DNA of 64,000 nt from Dehalococcoidia bacterium (GTDB lineage: Bacteria; Chloroflexota; Dehalococcoidia; Lucifugimonadales; UBA3495): assembly GCA_965115825.1 (NCBI GenBank), contig OZ220464.1, forward strand, positions 2,709,945 through 2,773,944. Reading direction: 5' to 3'. Positions within the stretch are counted from its first letter, which is position 1. Every line of letters starts with the position of its first letter. Positions 9,469-17,942 of the stretch are shown piece after piece. The position numbers and the translations under genes were made by a program. The notes below the pieces were generated by a model, which had not been told where the DNA came from, made no database searches, and saw nothing but the letters and a program-made list of their open reading frames with translations.

Positions 9469-9697
9469 CAATGACTACCAAAAGCCCTATCAATACGATA
9501 AGAGCAGCATCTACGCTGGTTGACAAAGGCTGGGTCAGTATGGTTGTCGGTTCGTCGTTGGCTTGGCTCCTGACGTAGAGCAACCCTCCCATCGCTCCCA
9601 GCGTAAAAATCCCTACTCCGATGAGGACGAGCAGTTTGGGGGGCAGTCTTCCCCACAAATCCTTCAGAATGGGCAGAGGATTGCTTGTGAAATCCAT
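9425..9697 (-). CDS. small membrane protein, hypothetical
   Basis: Two hydrophobic helices (LLVLIGVGIFTLGAMGGLLYV; AALIVLIGLLVVIVIAMVIYAI). It is convergent with the previous ORF and overlaps its 3' end by 44 nt. Confidence 0.5.
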   Translation of the reverse strand: MDFTSNPLPILKDLWGRLPPKLLVLIGVGIFTLGAMGGLLYVRSQANDEPTTILTQPLSTSVDAALIVLIGLLVVIVIAMVIYAIRYRER

Positions 9698-9701
9698 GCG
9701 T

Positions 9702-10901
9702 CTATTCTACCAAGAAGCGGGTGAAGACCTGATTGGCAAGCAGGTAGGCCTTTTCGGACAGACGCAGATTGCTCTCGTTTTCCCATAGCAGGAGGCCTTC
9801 CGCCGTCAGCTCGGCCAGCTCGCTGGCGTAGCGGGCCAGGAGGTTAATCCCGACTCTTTGCGACGCGGCGGTTATGTCCATGCCGTCCAGGAGGCGCAGT
9901 CCCAGGAACATCGTTTCCGCCGCCGCCGTTGCCTGGTCGATGATTTCCAGCCCGTCAACGGTTGTCGCCCGGTCTATGGCGGCCGGCGTCACCGAGGGCC
10001 AGGGCGTTGCGGTTGCCGCCCATTCGCCGGCACGGCGGGCGTACTCTCGGGGTGAGCGCACAGTCCAGAACCGGCAATGGGCCAGAGAGGAGTGGGCTCC
10101 CGGCCCGACGCCGAGCCACTGCCGGTTGCGCCAGTAAGTGAGGTTGTGCTCGGATGCTCTTCCGGGAAGGCTCCAGTTGCTGATTTCGTAGTGGTGATAA
10201 CCGGCGTCGGACAGGGCGGCGCGGGCGAAGTCGTACATATCGGCGGCCAGATCCGGGTCGGGTTCGGGCAGCCGCCCCTGCTCGACCCAACGCCGCAGCG
10301 GGGCGCCTTCTTCCAGCGTCAGGGAGTACAGAGACAGATGCTCGGGGGCCAGGGCAATGACACGGCCCACGGTATCCTCCCATTGCGCCAAGGATTGCTG
10401 CGGCAGGCCGTACATCAGGTCCAGGCTGATGTTGTCAAATCCGGCGCGGCGGCAAGCGTGGAAGGCGGCGACGGCTCCGTCGGCGTCGTGGCGGCGGCCC
10501 AGCATCGCCAGCAGGCCGTTATGCAGGCTTTGCACGCCGATGCTGATCCGGTTGATGCCGGCGGCGCGCAGCTCGGCGCAGCGGGCGGAGGTAAGGTCGT
10601 TGGGGTTGCACTCCGCCGTTATCTCGGCGTCGCTGCGGAGGGGATATGCGGCGGCGATGGCGTCAAGTATCCGGGCGGCGTCGCCTTGGGGCAGGTAGGA
10701 GGGAGTGCCGCCGCCGAGGAAAACGGTATTCACGGGGGGCCGGCCCAGGGCGGTGGCCCAGGCTGCAATCTCCCCGGTTATCGCGGTGAGGAAATCGGCG
10801 AACTGCGCTTCGATGCCCTGGTAAGTGTTGAAATCACAGTAGGGACATTTGGTGAGGCAGAAGGGGATATGGACGTACAGAGAGATGCTGTCTTGCTGCA
10901 T
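9702..10901 (-). CDS. hemW: radical SAM heme chaperone / oxygen-independent coproporphyrinogen-III oxidase-like protein
   Basis: LYVHIPFCLTKCPYCDFN is the CxxxCxxC radical-SAM motif. FLGGGTPS, RISIGVQS and the C-terminal HemN_C-like region match the HemW/HemN family. Confidence 0.88.
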   Translation of the reverse strand: MQQDSISLYVHIPFCLTKCPYCDFNTYQGIEAQFADFLTAITGEIAAWATALGRPPVNTVFLGGGTPSYLPQGDAARILDAIAAAYPLRSDAEITAECNPNDLTSARCAELRAAGINRISIGVQSLHNGLLAMLGRRHDADGAVAAFHACRRAGFDNISLDLMYGLPQQSLAQWEDTVGRVIALAPEHLSLYSLTLEEGAPLRRWVEQGRLPEPDPDLAADMYDFARAALSDAGYHHYEISNWSLPGRASEHNLTYWRNRQWLGVGPGAHSSLAHCRFWTVRSPREYARRAGEWAATATPWPSVTPAAIDRATTVDGLEIIDQATAAAETMFLGLRLLDGMDITAASQRVGINLLARYASELAELTAEGLLLWENESNLRLSEKAYLLANQVFTRFLVE

Positions 10902-10924
10902 AGTCCACCGCGTTAACTGCCGTG

Positions 10925-11299
10925 TCAGTGGTGGGTATCGTCGGTGGAGCGGGCCTGTCCGTCCACCACGCTGTCGGGGTCGCGGTCTTCGGGTCGCGGC
11001 GGCGGCGGTTCACCCATGTGTTCCCGAACCACTGCGGGAGGGCATAGCTTCCAGAAAATAAAGACTGCCAGCCCTAAAATGATGAAGTCGTCATAGCGAC
11101 CCAGGCCGTAGGGGAGATGGTCTCTGATAAAGTCCCACGGCCAAACTGCGTAAGCTACCGCCAGGGGCACCAGCAGCTTCAGCAGGAAATGCACTCTATC
11201 GTCCCGATGCAGCCGCCAGAGGGCCCGAGCGAACTTGAGGACTCTGGGGGCCAGCTGTGGGCCGAACATCAGGATGAATGGCCAGAGGAAACGCAACAT
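10925..11299 (-). CDS. YkvA/DUF1232-family membrane protein
   Basis: VPLAVAYAVWPWDFIRDHLPYGLGRYDDFIILGLAVFIF matches the DUF1232 pattern (P.D.IPD..P..G..DD). Confidence 0.7.
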   Translation of the reverse strand: MLRFLWPFILMFGPQLAPRVLKFARALWRLHRDDRVHFLLKLLVPLAVAYAVWPWDFIRDHLPYGLGRYDDFIILGLAVFIFWKLCPPAVVREHMGEPPPPRPEDRDPDSVVDGQARSTDDTHH

Positions 11300-11353
11300 T
11301 GCAACACCGCCTTGGCTGTTGATGTTAGCACATTGAGGCCGGGATTACGGGCG

Positions 11354-11383
11354 TTGACAAGCCGTGAATTATGGTTCTACAAT
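11354..11383 (+). promoter_or_regulatory. sigma-70-like promoter (TTGACA-N18-TACAAT) for the Cys4-HTH gene
   Basis: TTGACA is at 11354-11359 and TACAAT at 11378-11383. The GGAGG SD and ATG follow at 11422. Confidence 0.55.
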
Positions 11384-11421
11384 GCGCCCATTACCAGAAC
11401 TCAAGTTTGGGAGGAGTTGCC

Positions 11422-11763
11422 ATGTATGCTGTGAATGCAGTTGCGCCGAGCCGAAGCCAAAGGGCACAGGCGGGCAGGTCTATTTACGAAGATACGGGCT
11501 GCGAGGTGGCCGGCGCCTGCCTAGAGTGCCCGCTGTCGCGCTGCAAGTTTGACGATATGGAGTGGTTCACCAAGTACCGGCAGATGGCGCAGGATTTGCG
11601 GATAGTGGCTGCCGTCCGGAAGGAGAGACTGACCATAGCGCAGACCGCCGCGCGGTTTTCCATTACCAAGCGGACGGTGTTTCGCATTCTGCACCGCTGC
11701 CAGGATGCCTGGTGGGAATTGACTCCTGAGGAGGCTGCGGTGTTCGCATCGCTGGCGGACTAG
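11422..11763 (+). CDS. small DNA-binding protein with an N-terminal Cys4 cluster and a helix-turn-helix
   Basis: GCEVAGACLECPLSRCKF has C-x5-C-x2-C-x4-C spacing. LTIAQTAARFSITKRTVFRILHRC is HTH-like. GGAGG precedes the ATG at 11422. Confidence 0.6.
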   Translation: MYAVNAVAPSRSQRAQAGRSIYEDTGCEVAGACLECPLSRCKFDDMEWFTKYRQMAQDLRIVAAVRKERLTIAQTAARFSITKRTVFRILHRCQDAWWELTPEEAAVFASLAD

Positions 11764-11779
11764 GCGCTCCGGGAATTCA

Positions 11780-12955
11780 TCACCCCCGGGGGAGGGTCAG
11801 GCCGCGGCCGGCGATGACGCCGCGCTGCACTTCCGAGGTGCCGCCGGCGATTTTGTGGGAGAAGCTAATCATCCAGTTTTCGGGCAGACGCCCTTTCAGC
11901 GGCGCGCGGGGTTCTGGACGGGACAGCGCGCCGGGCAAGCCGGCGATTTCCAGGACGGAGTTGGCGGCGCGATGCAGGGTTTCGCTGCCAAAGGCCTTGC
12001 TCATGGAGGCTTCTTTGTTGGGAACCTGCCCTTCGCCCTGCATCCAGGCTACGTTGTAGGCCATCAGGCGGGCCACTTCGCACTCCACGTAGCGGTCGGC
12101 CAGCAGGTTGCGCACCCAGAGGATCTGAGTGGCCCGGCGGCCGTTGCGCGAGACCTTGTCGGCATACTCCCGGGTGTCGTCCAGCAGACGGCGGGCGATG
12201 GCGGAGTAGTCGATGCCGGAGCGTTCAAAGTCCAGCAGCGTTACTGCCACGTACCAGCCCCGATTTTCTTCGCCGACCACATTGCTGGCGGGCACGCGCA
12301 CGTTGTCGAAAATCACCTGGTTGAACTCATGGCCGCCGGCCATATTGATGACCGGACGGACCTCAACGCCGGGGGATTTCATGTCCACCAAGATGAAGCT
12401 GATGCCCCGGTGTCGCGGAGCCTCAGGGTCGGTGCGGGCCAGGCACATAATCCAGTCGGAGCGGTGCGCCAGGGTGGTCCAGATTTTCGCGCCGTTGATG
12501 ACGTACTCGTCGCCATCGCGTACGGCGCGGGTACTGAGGGAGGCCAGGTCGGAGCCGGACTCGGGCTCGCTGTAGCCTTGGCACCACTGGATTTCACCGC
12601 GCGCGATGGGAGGCAGGTGGGTCTGTTTCTGCTCATGGCTGCCGTGGAGCATCAGAGTTGGGCCGAGCATCCGCACGCCGAAAATATCCCGGCCGGGCGC
12701 GCGGAGATAGGCCAGTTCTTCGTTGTAGATGGCAGAGCGAACCGGGGATGCGTCCTGCCCGCCGTACTCTGCCGGCCAGTGCATGGTCAGCCAGCCTTTT
12801 TCGGCCAGACGGCCGCGCAGGCGCATGGTAAAGTCCCAGTCGTATTCTTCCGGCCAGCGACCGCCGCCCTCCCAGCCCGGGGGCAGCTGGGACTGGATGA
12901 ATTGGCGCAGCTCGCCGCGGAATCGGTCGTCGTCGGGAGTGAAGCGATACTCCAC
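11780..12955 (-). CDS. acyl-CoA dehydrogenase family protein
   Basis: WCQGYSEPESGSDLASL, GAKIWTTLAH and the C-terminal IAGGTSEVQRGVIA are classic ACAD blocks. Confidence 0.9.
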   Translation of the reverse strand: MEYRFTPDDDRFRGELRQFIQSQLPPGWEGGGRWPEEYDWDFTMRLRGRLAEKGWLTMHWPAEYGGQDASPVRSAIYNEELAYLRAPGRDIFGVRMLGPTLMLHGSHEQKQTHLPPIARGEIQWCQGYSEPESGSDLASLSTRAVRDGDEYVINGAKIWTTLAHRSDWIMCLARTDPEAPRHRGISFILVDMKSPGVEVRPVINMAGGHEFNQVIFDNVRVPASNVVGEENRGWYVAVTLLDFERSGIDYSAIARRLLDDTREYADKVSRNGRRATQILWVRNLLADRYVECEVARLMAYNVAWMQGEGQVPNKEASMSKAFGSETLHRAANSVLEIAGLPGALSRPEPRAPLKGRLPENWMISFSHKIAGGTSEVQRGVIAGRGLTLPRG

Positions 12956-13009
12956 GGAGCCTCCCTGCTATTGGCGCATTGGGTTGGAGTTGAGGAGTGG
13001 GCCGGGCAA

Positions 13010-13246
13010 TCAGGCGTCCACGGCGACGCAGGTTACGGTGCGAACCACTCCGGTAACGGTGTGAATTTTCTCTGTTACCAGGTTCCCCACGACGGACATA
13101 TCGTCGCCGGAGATGACGGCGATAATGTCGTAAGGGCCGGTGACTACGTCCACGGACTCGATGCCGCCCAGTTCGCGCAGGGTGGTGGCGACGTCGCGGG
13201 TGCGTCCAACGGCGGTTTCGACCAGCAGGAAGGCTTTGGTTGCCAT
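13010..13246 (-). CDS. stand-alone Lrp/AsnC ligand-binding (RAM) domain protein
   Basis: 78 aa. KAFLLVETAVGRTRDVATTLRELGGIESVDVVTGPYDIIAVI resembles the AsnC-type effector domain, and no HTH is present. Confidence 0.75.
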   Translation of the reverse strand: MATKAFLLVETAVGRTRDVATTLRELGGIESVDVVTGPYDIIAVISGDDMSVVGNLVTEKIHTVTGVVRTVTCVAVDA

Positions 13247-13384
13247 GGTTCAGGGTCTCCTATGTCTATTGTTTTTGTCGGGTGAGGGGCTGGCGGCGCG
13301 GCGCGGCCCCGATTGCCGGGCAATTCTACGGCGGCGGCGGCGGAAGTGTCAATTGATGTGGACGCGGGGGCCTGGGTTATAACG

Positions 13385-13415
13385 CATTGGGGCGACTGTA
13401 CCAGTCGCCCCAATG
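13385..13415. terminator. perfect 14-bp inverted repeat (CATTGGGGCGACTG-tac-CAGTCGCCCCAATG) 3' of the 528-aa FtsZ-like gene
   Basis: Read directly, 37 nt downstream of the stop at 13452. There is no strong U-tract on either strand, so terminator function is inferred. Confidence 0.5.
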
Positions 13416-13451
13416 CGGTTTGCCACAGGGTGGCGTGGGTGGCAGGTTTGT

Positions 13452-15038
13452 CTAGGGACGGAAGCCGCCGCCGGCGCCGTTCTCGTAGCTGCTGCCGTTT
13501 TCGTGACCGTAGCCGTTCTCGTGGCCGGCGCCGTTGCCGTTCTGACCGGGTGGGGTTTCAACGGCGGTGCGATGTTCCTGTTGGTGCCGCCGCCGCTGCC
13601 TCCGGTTCCAAATGTCCTCGCCGCGGGAGAGGAAGCCGTAGGAGTTTTGGGATCGCAGTTCTTCGGGGCTGACGCCAATGTAGTGGCCAGTGCCGAAGCC
13701 GATTGGCTTCAGGTCTCCGCTGGTCTGCGCCGTAGTGTCGCTGTTGAGCATGATGTTGGTGATGCTGCCGATGTTTTCGGTCTGCAATGGGTAGAAGAGG
13801 GATATGTGCATATGCCGGTCGTCCGGGTTTTCCTGGAAGTTGGCTGAAGCGAAGGACCAGGTGAGGTTGGGGTAGGCTCTTTCGAAATTCTCCCGGTCGA
13901 GCTGGTCGCGGACGTCGCTCTCGATTTCGCCGAGGCCAGTGGTTTCAACGGGGAGGGTAATGACCATCCGCATTGGAACGTCTTCTTCAAAGGGCCCGTG
14001 CTCGGCGAGGTTCATGCCTTTAAGATGCGGGTCGAGAATTTCCCACATGGACTTTTTGATGGTCCAGGTGAGTTGCTTGGCGTCGTCGTTGACGACGACC
14101 AGCTCGCGACCGCGCAACGGGCCGAACCAGCGGCTGCGCTGAGGCACGTCGGCCACGTCGAGGCGGCGGTTCATTACGCGCATACCGAACCAGCCGTTGG
14201 AGTAGTCGCCGAAGCTGGCTACGGTTTCGGACAAGGAGCCGCTGTCAATGCGGTCGCGCATTCCAGCTTCCATGGAGGCCAAGCCAATGGCCAAGTTGTT
14301 GTCCAGCCGCTGATAGTCCCGGGAGAGGCGGTTGTCGGTGACCAGAGCGGGGAACATTTTGACGTTGTTGCCGTTGGAGGCGGCCTGGTTGGTGTTGAGA
14401 TACCTGGGATCCTTGATGCCCATGGTTTCCTCGTAGGCACCCCAGGTTTCGCGGCGCATATTTTCCTCGAGGACGTGTTCGCGAGGCATGAGGATGATGG
14501 GAAGGAAAAGGGCGTCGGGGAACCTTTCGCGCAGCATACCGTGCAGGATTCCTCCCAGCTTGGCGTGGCCGCCGAAGCCGAGCCACTCCAGGATGATCTG
14601 GGGAGGAGAGCCTACTTCTTCGGAACGCCGGGCTACGGTGTCCACCATTTTCTCCATATCGCGGTGGATCAGGCCGTAGAATTCCTTGAAGGCGTTGGGG
14701 TCGCGCAGGAAGCCGTCGACCTTGGGGAGATATCCCGGCAGGATGATGGGCAGGCTGCCGGAGCGGACATTGCGACGCATGGACTGGGTTTCGGAGTCGA
14801 TGGCGTCGATGCTGCCCTGGTTGCAGTCGTACATGAGGAGGCTCTGGACGCGGTCAAGCACTCCGGCCTCGCCCATGCGCATGGCCCACTTCCAGCTGCG
14901 CTTGTAGCCGGCGGTTCCTACGGCCACGGATACGATGGGCGGGGGGACGCCGTCGCGTGCCCGGTCTTGCTGGTTCCCCAAACGATGGGGATTGTTGCGG
15001 CGGATATGGAAAATTCGGTTTTGCAGTTTCGGCGGCAT
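13452..15038 (-). CDS. divergent FtsZ/tubulin-superfamily-like protein (paralogue B), low-complexity G/N/E/H tail
   Basis: Ordered blocks match FtsZ landmarks: IVSVAVGTAGYK (T1), LLMYDCNQGSIDAI (FtsZ FFAVNTDAQAL), VDGFLRDPNAF (T3, GAGANPEVG), ILEWLGFGGHAKLGG (T4, GMGGGTGTG). Further blocks: FLPIILMPREH (S5/T5, VVTKPFNFEG), ALVTDNRLS (ITIPNDKLL), LDNNLAIGLASMEAGMRDRI (H7). The assignment is motif-level only. Confidence 0.55.
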   Translation of the reverse strand: MPPKLQNRIFHIRRNNPHRLGNQQDRARDGVPPPIVSVAVGTAGYKRSWKWAMRMGEAGVLDRVQSLLMYDCNQGSIDAIDSETQSMRRNVRSGSLPIILPGYLPKVDGFLRDPNAFKEFYGLIHRDMEKMVDTVARRSEEVGSPPQIILEWLGFGGHAKLGGILHGMLRERFPDALFLPIILMPREHVLEENMRRETWGAYEETMGIKDPRYLNTNQAASNGNNVKMFPALVTDNRLSRDYQRLDNNLAIGLASMEAGMRDRIDSGSLSETVASFGDYSNGWFGMRVMNRRLDVADVPQRSRWFGPLRGRELVVVNDDAKQLTWTIKKSMWEILDPHLKGMNLAEHGPFEEDVPMRMVITLPVETTGLGEIESDVRDQLDRENFERAYPNLTWSFASANFQENPDDRHMHISLFYPLQTENIGSITNIMLNSDTTAQTSGDLKPIGFGTGHYIGVSPEELRSQNSYGFLSRGEDIWNRRQRRRHQQEHRTAVETPPGQNGNGAGHENGYGHENGSSYENGAGGGFRP

Positions 15039-15189
15039 GGCGCTACAACCCCCTTGCAGGTTAGATATTCCCGCTTCTGGCGAAGCGGCTATTTACGGTT
15101 GGTCTGATTTGGAGTGTATCCGGCTGAACCGGGCTTGTTCGCTCTCTGAAAGTAGGTTTGGGCAGGGACGCCCCGCTGTGGCTTGGGGC

Positions 15190-15219
15190 ATTATAATGCA
15201 AAAAGATGTGGGGAGTCAA
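15190..15219 (-). promoter_or_regulatory. near-consensus sigma-70-like promoter (TTGACT-N18-TATAAT) between the two FtsZ-like genes
   Basis: On the minus strand, TTGACT is the reverse complement of 15214-15219 and TATAAT of 15190-15195. It lies in an AT-rich 224-bp gap, ~150 nt upstream of the ATG at 15038. Confidence 0.5.
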
Positions 15220-15262
15220 ATTGATTTCTCTGTCAATTATTTAGTAAAATTCCCATATTTTG

Positions 15263-16621
15263 CTAAATATAGCGCACGTTTTGCTCCCAGTCGTCATTGG
15301 GGGGGTTGGGCGACGGGAGGGAGCGGGCAGCGGAGGGCGCATCCATATGGTGATACGAGCCAAAGCCGGTGTCGCGAACCGATGCGGTTGAAGTATCGTC
15401 ATGGTTGATCCCGGGGTGGAGAATATCCATGACGGGAGCGAGCTGGCCCAGCACGGGATAGAGCCGCGATACGTGGAGATAAGGGTCTTTGGAAAGTCCC
15501 TCGCTGAAGCGGGCGGTATTAAAAGCAATGTCGACATTGGGGAGCTGGGTGAAGAAGTTGCTGCGCTCCAGCGCTTCCGCAGTATACGCGGCCATGGGTT
15601 CCAGCGAGTCCGGGTGCACGGGCAGGGAAACCATGATTTCCTGGGGGGAGTTGTACGGTTCGCGTACACCCGGCACCATTTGCGACGGTGGTTCGAGGGT
15701 GGCCCAAATGGCGTCGGCAATGGACATTGAGGGTCCGTTTTCCGAGCCGATGGCGGCGTATTCCTGCCACCAGGGTGGGAAGCGAAGCCACTCGAACTTG
15801 CGCGTAATCGGCATTTTGCGCCGCACGGTGCCCATGCCCAGCCAGCCCCCGGAGGCGGGGAAGACCCGGCCATAGGCAACGGCAAGCTGGCTGCTGCCGC
15901 CGAATCCCTCTGCCAGCTCGGCGGCCTCGAACCCGGCCAGGGCGGTGACGAGTCGGAGGTCTTCGTCGCCGTTGCTGCCGGGCGACAGCCCGGTCAGCAG
16001 GCAGTTGGCGTCTTCGAGCAGGTTTTCGTAGCGCTCCCAGATGTAGCGTCGGGTCCACTCTTTGGAGGCGTGCTCTTCCGGCAGGGTGAGCACCGGCAGC
16101 AGGACGCTGGCGGGAAAGGCTACGCGGAGCTTGCGATGGAGGCGTCCGCTGGGGACCGAATGGCCGGAGAACCCCAGAAACTCGATGATTGTGTCGGGGG
16201 CGCGCCCGGCGCTCTCGGACTGCGCGGTGATTTGGCTGACGATGTTGTCCATATCCCGTTCCAGCGGCCCCTCGTATTCTTCAAACCGTCGGGGGTTGCG
16301 CATAAAGCCGTTGGCCATGGGTATGTAACTGGGGAACAGAACCTGCACGCCCTGGCCATGCTTGGATTTGCCCAGAAACTTGCGCAGGAATCGCTGCACG
16401 TAAGAGATGGTCAGCTCGTTGCAGTCGTAGAAGACGGCGCTTTGAACCCGCCGCAGCTGGGAGAGTTCCGACATGCGCTGCAAAAACCATAGGGCCCGCC
16501 GGCTGCCGGCAGTGCCGGCGCCCAGCACGACGAGGGAAGACGGCCTGGCGTCCGTCTTGAGCTTGGTGGCGCGGAGCAGCGGGCCGCTCCGGTCGCGCGC
16601 TTTTACGTATATGCTTGGCAT
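15263..16621 (-). CDS. divergent FtsZ/tubulin-superfamily-like protein (paralogue A)
   Basis: Paralogous to 13452-15038: LVVLGAGTAGSR, AVFYDCNELTI, PSYIPMANGFMRNPRRFEEYEGPLERDMDNIV, IIEFLGFSGHSVPSG, LLPVLTLPEEH. The blocks have the same order and spacing as the FtsZ T1/NTD/T3/T4/T5 landmarks. Confidence 0.55.
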   Translation of the reverse strand: MPSIYVKARDRSGPLLRATKLKTDARPSSLVVLGAGTAGSRRALWFLQRMSELSQLRRVQSAVFYDCNELTISYVQRFLRKFLGKSKHGQGVQVLFPSYIPMANGFMRNPRRFEEYEGPLERDMDNIVSQITAQSESAGRAPDTIIEFLGFSGHSVPSGRLHRKLRVAFPASVLLPVLTLPEEHASKEWTRRYIWERYENLLEDANCLLTGLSPGSNGDEDLRLVTALAGFEAAELAEGFGGSSQLAVAYGRVFPASGGWLGMGTVRRKMPITRKFEWLRFPPWWQEYAAIGSENGPSMSIADAIWATLEPPSQMVPGVREPYNSPQEIMVSLPVHPDSLEPMAAYTAEALERSNFFTQLPNVDIAFNTARFSEGLSKDPYLHVSRLYPVLGQLAPVMDILHPGINHDDTSTASVRDTGFGSYHHMDAPSAARSLPSPNPPNDDWEQNVRYI

Positions 16622-16655
16622 GGCTGATTAGTTGTCCGGCGGGTTGGCGGCAAAG

Positions 16656-17456
16656 TCAGGAGCCCGGCTTCAGAAACGCAAGCAGGGCGCTGACGAAGCC
16701 TTCCGGGTCTTCGATCTGCGGGATATGACCGACGCCCGGCATGATGTGCTTGCGGGCGCGGACGATGTTGTTGTGGAGCAGTTCGGCGCCGTCGCGCAGG
16801 CGGTCAAGCTCGCCGTACAGCGCCAGGGTCTCGCGGGCCTTCACCAGGGGCAGTCGCGCCATGATGTCGTACCAGGCCAGGGATTCGTGGAGCTTCTTGA
16901 CCCAGGGGCCGGCCTGAGCGCGGGCGTCGTTGAGGGCGGCGATCCATTCCGGGCGCGGCTCGGCGAAGGTAGTGGCTGCTTTGGCCTGCTCCGGCGTGCG
17001 GGGAACGGGCAGGCCGTCGGCGTCGTAGCCGGCGGCGGCTTCAGCGAGGCGCTCCGGAGCAGAGCGCGCATCCCACACCGGGGCACCCACCAGAGCCAGC
17101 TTGTCCAGTCGGTCGGGGAAAGACGCCGCCATCTCAACCGCCAGCACGGCCCCTACGGAATTGCCCACGTAATGACCCCGGTGGATGTTGAGTATCTGAC
17201 AGGCATCGTCCAGCGCCTGAGCGTAATCCGGGATGTTGAAATGGCGGGCAGGCTTGTCGGATTTGCCGTGGCCCAGCATATCGAAGGCGTAGCAGGTATA
17301 GTGGCGGCTGAAAGCGTCAATGACGCCGCTCCAGGCCCAAGTGGAGGTTCCCAGTGGGTGGAGCATCACCAGCGGATAGCCGGAACCCTGCTTGACGAAG
17401 TGCATATTGCCTTCCCGGGTGGGTACGGTATCGGCAAGGTCGCGCCGCACGAACAT
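16656..17456 (-). CDS. alpha/beta-fold hydrolase
   Basis: PLVMLHPLGTS..W, FDMLGHGKSDKP, nucleophile elbow VGNSVGA, and C-terminal MPGVGHIPQIEDPEGF. Confidence 0.88.
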   Translation of the reverse strand: MFVRRDLADTVPTREGNMHFVKQGSGYPLVMLHPLGTSTWAWSGVIDAFSRHYTCYAFDMLGHGKSDKPARHFNIPDYAQALDDACQILNIHRGHYVGNSVGAVLAVEMAASFPDRLDKLALVGAPVWDARSAPERLAEAAAGYDADGLPVPRTPEQAKAATTFAEPRPEWIAALNDARAQAGPWVKKLHESLAWYDIMARLPLVKARETLALYGELDRLRDGAELLHNNIVRARKHIMPGVGHIPQIEDPEGFVSALLAFLKPGS

Positions 17457-17750
17457 AACGCTGGCCTCCTCTTCGCTGCCGGCGGAACGAAAAACGCCGG
17501 CCCGGCCGTCGGCTTATGCGGTAATTTCGGTAATTCAGGGCCCGGCCGGCTGCTACGGCGCATATGCTAACGATATGGCAGGTGTAATGTCAAATGCCGG
17601 GGCTTGTCCGGCCGCTTCATCCCGTGGGTTTCCCAAGAATTCCCCCAAAATTGGGCTAAATTGGCCCATTATCGTAATACTCCCGTAATACTTCCCGGTT
17701 TATAATGCGCCGCGAATGCCCGGCATACGCTGCAACCCGCATTAAGGAGG

Positions 17751-17815
17751 CAACCCCAGAATCCTGAGAATCCTGAAAATCGCAACATCCCGTAAATCCT
17801 GATTCTGACAACCAA
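17751..17815 (-). repeat. single inverted copy of the dispersed ~50-nt core repeat
   Basis: CAACCCCAGAATCCTGAGAATCCTGAAAATCGCAACATCCCGTAAATCCTGATTCTGACAACC is the reverse complement of the core seen at 741, 56649 and 58467. Confidence 0.85.
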
Positions 17816-17942
17816 CCCATCTCAACAAGGGGGAGCTACTCTCCTCCCTCCCGAGGTGGCCGCCCTGCCGGCCAATCTCACACCGTCGTTCCGGCTTATT
17901 ACGGAACCCCAGACCAATCCCAATGCTAGGGATTTACCTACA

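Noticed and set aside
11855-13285. 476-aa plus-strand ORF
   Set aside because: It is antisense to the acyl-CoA dehydrogenase and AsnC-domain genes, with G/A/V-rich shadow composition.
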